A stretch of DNA of 64,000 bases from Acidobacteriota bacterium. GTDB lineage: Bacteria; Acidobacteriota; Thermoanaerobaculia; Thermoanaerobaculales; Sulfomarinibacteraceae. This document shows positions 60,248 to 64,000 of this stretch, piece after piece. The DNA is taken from NCBI GenBank assembly GCA_022340775.1, contig JAJDNH010000029.1, forward strand, positions 1,653 to 65,652. The letters are read 5' to 3'. Position numbers and translations under genes: made by a program. The notes beneath the pieces were generated by a model. The model saw nothing but the letters and a program-made list of their open reading frames with translations. It was not told the origin of the DNA and searched no databases. How positions within the stretch are numbered: position 1 is the stretch's first letter; every line of letters begins with the position of its first letter.

Positions 60248-61144
60248 CTAGCCTGGACTGCTATGCCAGGGCGTGAAAGTCACGGTGAGCTCATACAAGA
60301 CCTCGACCGGATGACCGTTCAGGGTAGCCGGCTTGAACCGCCAGTCCTTGAGTCCATCAAGCGCGAGGTAGACAACCGGCACGTATGGGCTCCATTGGAC
60401 GACAGTAGGGTGTTTGGGCTTCCCCTCCCGGTTGATCGTCAACATCACCACGACCATGCCCTCGGCCTTGGTCCTGAAGACAGCCTCCGGGTAGCGCAGC
60501 TGCCGCCTCGAGATGACCGCGGGCGCCGTTATCAGGCCGTGCCGAGTCGGCCCACCCTCGTGAAACACATGCTCTGAATGCGCCGGCCGCAGGTCATCCG
60601 GGTACAGAACGACCGCGCCCTCGTCGTCGTCGACCAGCACCGGCTGCGTGTCCTCTTCCGTCGTTCCTTCGCCACGCACTGCCCGGCGCAGGCGCCTGCC
60701 GAGGGTTCCGTAACGGAGCAGTTGGTCCGCGGCGTGATCCCAGAAGTCGCTCGCCATGCACGCGTACCACTCGGCGTCGCGCACATGACCGAGCCCGGCC
60801 AGGGCAACGGCGCGCTCCAACACTGCCGCACCGATGACCTCTCTGCCCCCCGTCATCACCTGGCCCGAGATCCGCTTCAGCAGCTTCTCTGCACGGTGGT
60901 TGGCGTGCTTCCAATCCCTGGCCACAAGAAGCTTGTCGATCTCACGCACCTCCTTGTTCCAGGCCACCAGGTACCGGCTCCTGCCCACGGTCCCCTCGGT
61001 CCCCGCGCGACCGCCGGTTGCGGCTAGGCAGAGCACTGCGGCGATGAGGCAGACCACCGGGACCAGCCGACGCCTTCCACCGCCCAAGACCGAATCGCTG
61101 CGAGTGCGGCGTGTCCCCATGCGTGAGCTTCCTACGTCGTTCAT
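60248..61144 (-). CDS. TonB C-terminal-domain protein (membrane-anchored), paralog 1
   Basis: N-terminal TM helix VPVVCLIAAVLCLAA. C-terminal segment RYPEAVFRTKAEGMVVVMLTINREGKP...FKPATLNGHPV. ATGA overlap with the upstream paralog. Confidence 0.65.
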   Translation of the reverse strand: MNDVGSSRMGTRRTRSDSVLGGGRRRLVPVVCLIAAVLCLAATGGRAGTEGTVGRSRYLVAWNKEVREIDKLLVARDWKHANHRAEKLLKRISGQVMTGGREVIGAAVLERAVALAGLGHVRDAEWYACMASDFWDHAADQLLRYGTLGRRLRRAVRGEGTTEEDTQPVLVDDDEGAVVLYPDDLRPAHSEHVFHEGGPTRHGLITAPAVISRRQLRYPEAVFRTKAEGMVVVMLTINREGKPKHPTVVQWSPYVPVVYLALDGLKDWRFKPATLNGHPVEVLYELTVTFTPWHSSPG

Positions 61145-61929
61145 GGCTTCCTGAACCTAAGGCTGACAGTGTGGAACGAGGGTACCGGCCAGTCCTGCCT
61201 GGTGCCCGGCTGAAAGTGAGTCTCTCGTAGGGTGTCTAGCGCTCCAACCAGCAGAGCTGTCGCACGAGTTGATGTGGTCCCATCGACGATCTGGGGAAGG
61301 TGGGCGTTGCCCGCCCGGTCGATGACCACTTCGAGCCCGATCGTGCCCTCGAGCCGCGCCACGCGGGCAGCACGCGGGTACCTGAGGCGGATGGGTGCGG
61401 CCGCGTGAGGAGGCAAAACCCCCTCCTGCGTGGGATCCAGCTCCCGCGCCTCCTCGGACAACCGTGCCTCCTTGCCCATCAGGCTGGCCAGGTGCTTTCC
61501 GGTGTGGCCGAAGCTGTCTAAGGCCTCTGTGACCCCTGGCCAGAACAGCCTCGCAGTCTCGATCACCCACAGCGCGGAACGCTCATCGTGGACCTCTAGA
61601 GAGGCGAGGGCGGAAGCACGGAGGGCACGCGCCAGCAACTTCCGGTGTCCGGTCGCGATGTGCTCCTCCATAGCAGAGAGCAGACCGTCCGCACGAGACC
61701 TGAACTCATTGTCCAACTTGCCGTTTCGCGCGAACTCCTCCAGAGTGTCGAGCTCCTTCTGCCACCCGGCAACCATCTTCTGAGCGACGACCTTCGGGTC
61801 GGGCCGCTTGGTGGGCGCTTGAGCTGTCTCGTCCTGCGCCGCGGTGGACCCTACACCAAGGAGTAACAGAAGCCCAACGGTCAGGACGGCCCCGAGGCGC
61901 CGTTGGGCACGACGACGGTGTCGGGTCAC
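61141..61929 (-). CDS. TonB C-terminal-domain protein (membrane-anchored), paralog 2
   Basis: TM helix LGAVLTVGLLLLLGV. C-terminal segment RYPRAARVARLEGTIGLEVVIDRAGN...FQPGTRQDWPV. The GTG start at 61929 is chosen to avoid overlapping the S15 peptidase gene, and is uncertain. Confidence 0.55.
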   Translation of the reverse strand: MTRHRRRAQRRLGAVLTVGLLLLLGVGSTAAQDETAQAPTKRPDPKVVAQKMVAGWQKELDTLEEFARNGKLDNEFRSRADGLLSAMEEHIATGHRKLLARALRASALASLEVHDERSALWVIETARLFWPGVTEALDSFGHTGKHLASLMGKEARLSEEARELDPTQEGVLPPHAAAPIRLRYPRAARVARLEGTIGLEVVIDRAGNAHLPQIVDGTTSTRATALLVGALDTLRETHFQPGTRQDWPVPSFHTVSLRFRKP

Positions 61930-62083
61930 AGCCGCTGAGTGTGCCAGAGCCCCCGGCTCCGAGGACGGCCTGCCCTCTACGCGACCGGCTGTACTTGCTT
62001 CCTCACAGCACTCGCAGACGATGTGGCAGGTGTCCTGTGGTTGCACCACCCAAGAATACCAAAGCGATTCGCGAAACGAATCG

Positions 62084-64000
62084 CTAGGGGAGCTGGATGA
62101 AGCTGCAGTGGGCCGGCGTGTGGAAGATCCGCTGCACCGCCTTGCGGTAGTCGCCCGGCTTGGCCCAGAAGATGTTGGGGACGAAGGTCTGCGGGTTGCG
62201 GTCATACAGCGGGAACCAGCTCGACTGCACCTGCACCATGATGCGGTGGCCGGGCAGGAAGACGTGGTTCGCGGCGGGCAGGGCGAACCGGTAGAGGAGC
62301 GGCTTGCCGGGAGCGATGGGCTCCGGTGTCTCCAGGCTCTCGCGGTAGCGGCCGCGGAAGATGTCGGCCGAGACCATGAGCTGGTAGCCCCCCATCTCGG
62401 GCTGGGCGGCGACCTCGTCCGGGTAGACGTCGATGAGCTTCACGACCCAGTCGGAATCGGTGCCGCTGGTGGAGGCGGTGATGTTGGCGACCGGCCTGCC
62501 GCTGATCCTGACCGGTTTCGTCAGGACATCGGAGACGTAGCTGAGCACGTCGGGCCGGCCCGAGGCCGCACGCTGGTCGTCGACCAGCCATCGCACCCAC
62601 GCCGCGCCTCCCGCGTAGCCGATGGTCGGAACCGGGCGGCCGTGATAGGGCACCGGTTTGGCGGGGTCGGACACGTACTCGTCGAACCGAGCGTCCCCCT
62701 CCTGCGGCGGTGCGAAGGCCAGGCGCTGGCCGGCGTCGAGGTACAGGCGGGACCGGCCGTTCGCAGCACCTGCGGGGTGGGGCGGGGGCCACGCCTGGAG
62801 GCGCCGCCAGGTGTTGGTGCCGGTCTCGTACGCAGTGACCGGCGCCACGTCGGCCTTCGGCGCCCCCTCCTTGAGGTAGAAGTTGAGGAACGGTAGCAGG
62901 ATGTCACGGCGGAAGGTCAGCGCGGTGTCGCTGCCGAACCTGATCGCGCCGAGGGAGCTGCCGTTGTGGATCTGCTGGCCGTGGCACCAGGGTCCCATGA
63001 CCAGGAACACCGTGTCATTACCGGTGTCCTTCGGCTCGATCGCCCGGTAGGCCGCGAGCGCGCCGTAGATGTCCTCCTGGTCCCACAGGCCGTGGACCAG
63101 CATCACCGGCACCGTCAAGGGCTCTCGAGCCAGCACCCGGTCCATCGCCTGGTCGCGCCAGAAGGCGTCGTAGCTCGGGTGTGCGAGGATCTTCTCCCAG
63201 AAGCCGAGCCGCTCCATGCCGTGCCGCTTCCCCAGCTCGCCCGCCGAACCCGCCTGCATGAACATGTCGTAGTCGTCGAAGTGGCCGCTCCACCACTTGA
63301 CGTCCGTGTCGCGGGTGGCCTCCTGCTGGTAGATGTAGGGCATGTTCTGCTGGCGGAACGCACCGTAGTGAAACCAGTCGTCTCCCATCCAACCGTCGAC
63401 CATGGGGTTCATCGGCACCGCCACCCTGAGCGCCGGGTGCGGGTTCACCAGCGCGGTCAGCGCCAGGTAGCCGTCGTACGAGATACCGATGATGCCGACC
63501 CTGCCGTTGCTCTCCGGCACGTTCTTGACCAGCCAGTCGATGGTATCCCAGGTGTCGGTTGCATTGTCCACGGGAGTCGGGTTCTGCGGCCCCCGCATCG
63601 GCCGGTTCATGACGTAGTCGCCCTCGGAGCCGTACTTGCCGCGCACGTCCTGGACAACACGAATGTAGCCCCCTTCGATGATGACGTCGGTGGGGTTGTC
63701 ATACCCCTGGAGGGCCGGGGCGAGGTGAGAGCTGTCGGCGTGTGTTGTGAGGCGGGTCGCGCCGTACGGTGTGCGGGTCAGCAGGATCGGCGCGTCCTTC
63801 GCGCCCCGCGGCACGAGGATGACCGTGTGCAGCTTGACCCCGTCCCGCATCGGGATCATGACCTCGCGGCGGGTGTAGTCGAAGGAGCTCGTCACCGCCT
63901 CGAACGTCGCCGGGATCTCGCTCGGGAGGTCGGCATAGGTCGCGGGACGCGGTGTCGGTGTTTGCGCCGCAGCCGGCCACGCGATGGCGAGCGTCAGCGC
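62084..64000 (-). CDS. CocE/NonD-family (S15, X-Pro dipeptidyl-peptidase-like) hydrolase, 5' end beyond the window
   Basis: Segments MIPMRDGVKLHTVILVP and the nucleophile context IGISYDGY. The frame stays open upstream of the ORF-track GTG (63895) to position 64000. That stretch reads ...LTLAIAWPAAAQTPTP, the end of a signal peptide. Confidence 0.85.
   Translation of the reverse strand, partial: ALTLAIAWPAAAQTPTPRPATYADLPSEIPATFEAVTSSFDYTRREVMIPMRDGVKLHTVILVPRGAKDAPILLTRTPYGATRLTTHADSSHLAPALQGYDNPTDVIIEGGYIRVVQDVRGKYGSEGDYVMNRPMRGPQNPTPVDNATDTWDTIDWLVKNVPESNGRVGIIGISYDGYLALTALVNPHPALRVAVPMNPMVDGWMGDDWFHYGAFRQQNMPYIYQQEATRDTDVKWWSGHFDDYDMFMQAGSAGELGKRHGMERLGFWEKILAHPSYDAFWRDQAMDRVLAREPLTVPVMLVHGLWDQEDIYGALAAYRAIEPKDTGNDTVFLVMGPWCHGQQIHNGSSLGAIRFGSDTALTFRRDILLPFLNFYLKEGAPKADVAPVTAYETGTNTWRRLQAWPPPHPAGAANGRSRLYLDAGQRLAFAPPQEGDARFDEYVSDPAKPVPYHGRPVPTIGYAGGAAWVRWLVDDQRAASGRPDVLSYVSDVLTKPVRISGRPVANITASTSGTDSDWVVKLIDVYPDEVAAQPEMGGYQLMVSADIFRGRYRESLETPEPIAPGKPLLYRFALPAANHVFLPGHRIMVQVQSSWFPLYDRNPQTFVPNIFWAKPGDYRKAVQRIFHTPAHCSFIQLP

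Overview
This is a high-GC (about two-thirds G+C by eye), densely coding bacterial chromosomal segment of Gram-negative type (TolC, TonB-C, LolA-like and beta-barrel genes). I call about 60 protein genes. I saw no rRNA, tRNA, CRISPR array, transposase or integrase. A PilZ domain of the myxobacterial-paralog type, many sigma54/PAS/two-component genes and multihaem redox genes suggest a Myxococcota-, delta-proteobacterial- or Acidobacteriota-like organism. This placement cannot be settled without a database search. Main content: (1) 3.1-11.2 kb holds a sigma54-promoter-driven, translationally coupled operon. It encodes an Hmc/DsrMKJOP-like membrane redox complex: an HdrD/DsrK-like CCG protein, a NarI/DsrM-like cytochrome b, a 4x[4Fe-4S] HybA/DsrO-like subunit, and an NrfD-like quinone subunit fused to a C-terminal hexahaem cytochrome c. 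This runs directly into a soluble Cys-rich-PAS histidine kinase and three single-domain response regulators. A PAS-sigma54 activator is encoded divergently. (2) 23.9-30.0 kb holds a bacterial microcompartment (BMC) locus of the sugar-phosphate type. It has RpiB, deoxyribose-phosphate aldolase and acylating aldehyde dehydrogenase, each with an N-terminal amphipathic extension, plus 1 BMC-H, 2 BMC-T and 3 BMC-P genes. It is headed by a TetR gene and lacks the usual phosphotransacylase and alcohol dehydrogenase core. (3) The rest comprises housekeeping and accessory genes. These are an EmrAB-TolC-type efflux set, a large hybrid kinase, a TetR/LolA-like/2xFtsX/ABC/beta-barrel export cluster, and pstSCAB. 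Also present are a B12-radical SAM enzyme, SthA, several peptidases (C1, S9, S15), tandem TonB-C paralogs and a TauE/TIGR02186-like pair. (4) Two families of short composite intergenic repeats are each present twice. The most interesting items are the redox-complex-plus-signalling operon and the incomplete-core BMC locus. All functional calls rest on motif recognition by eye and remembered family features, and need profile or BLAST confirmation.
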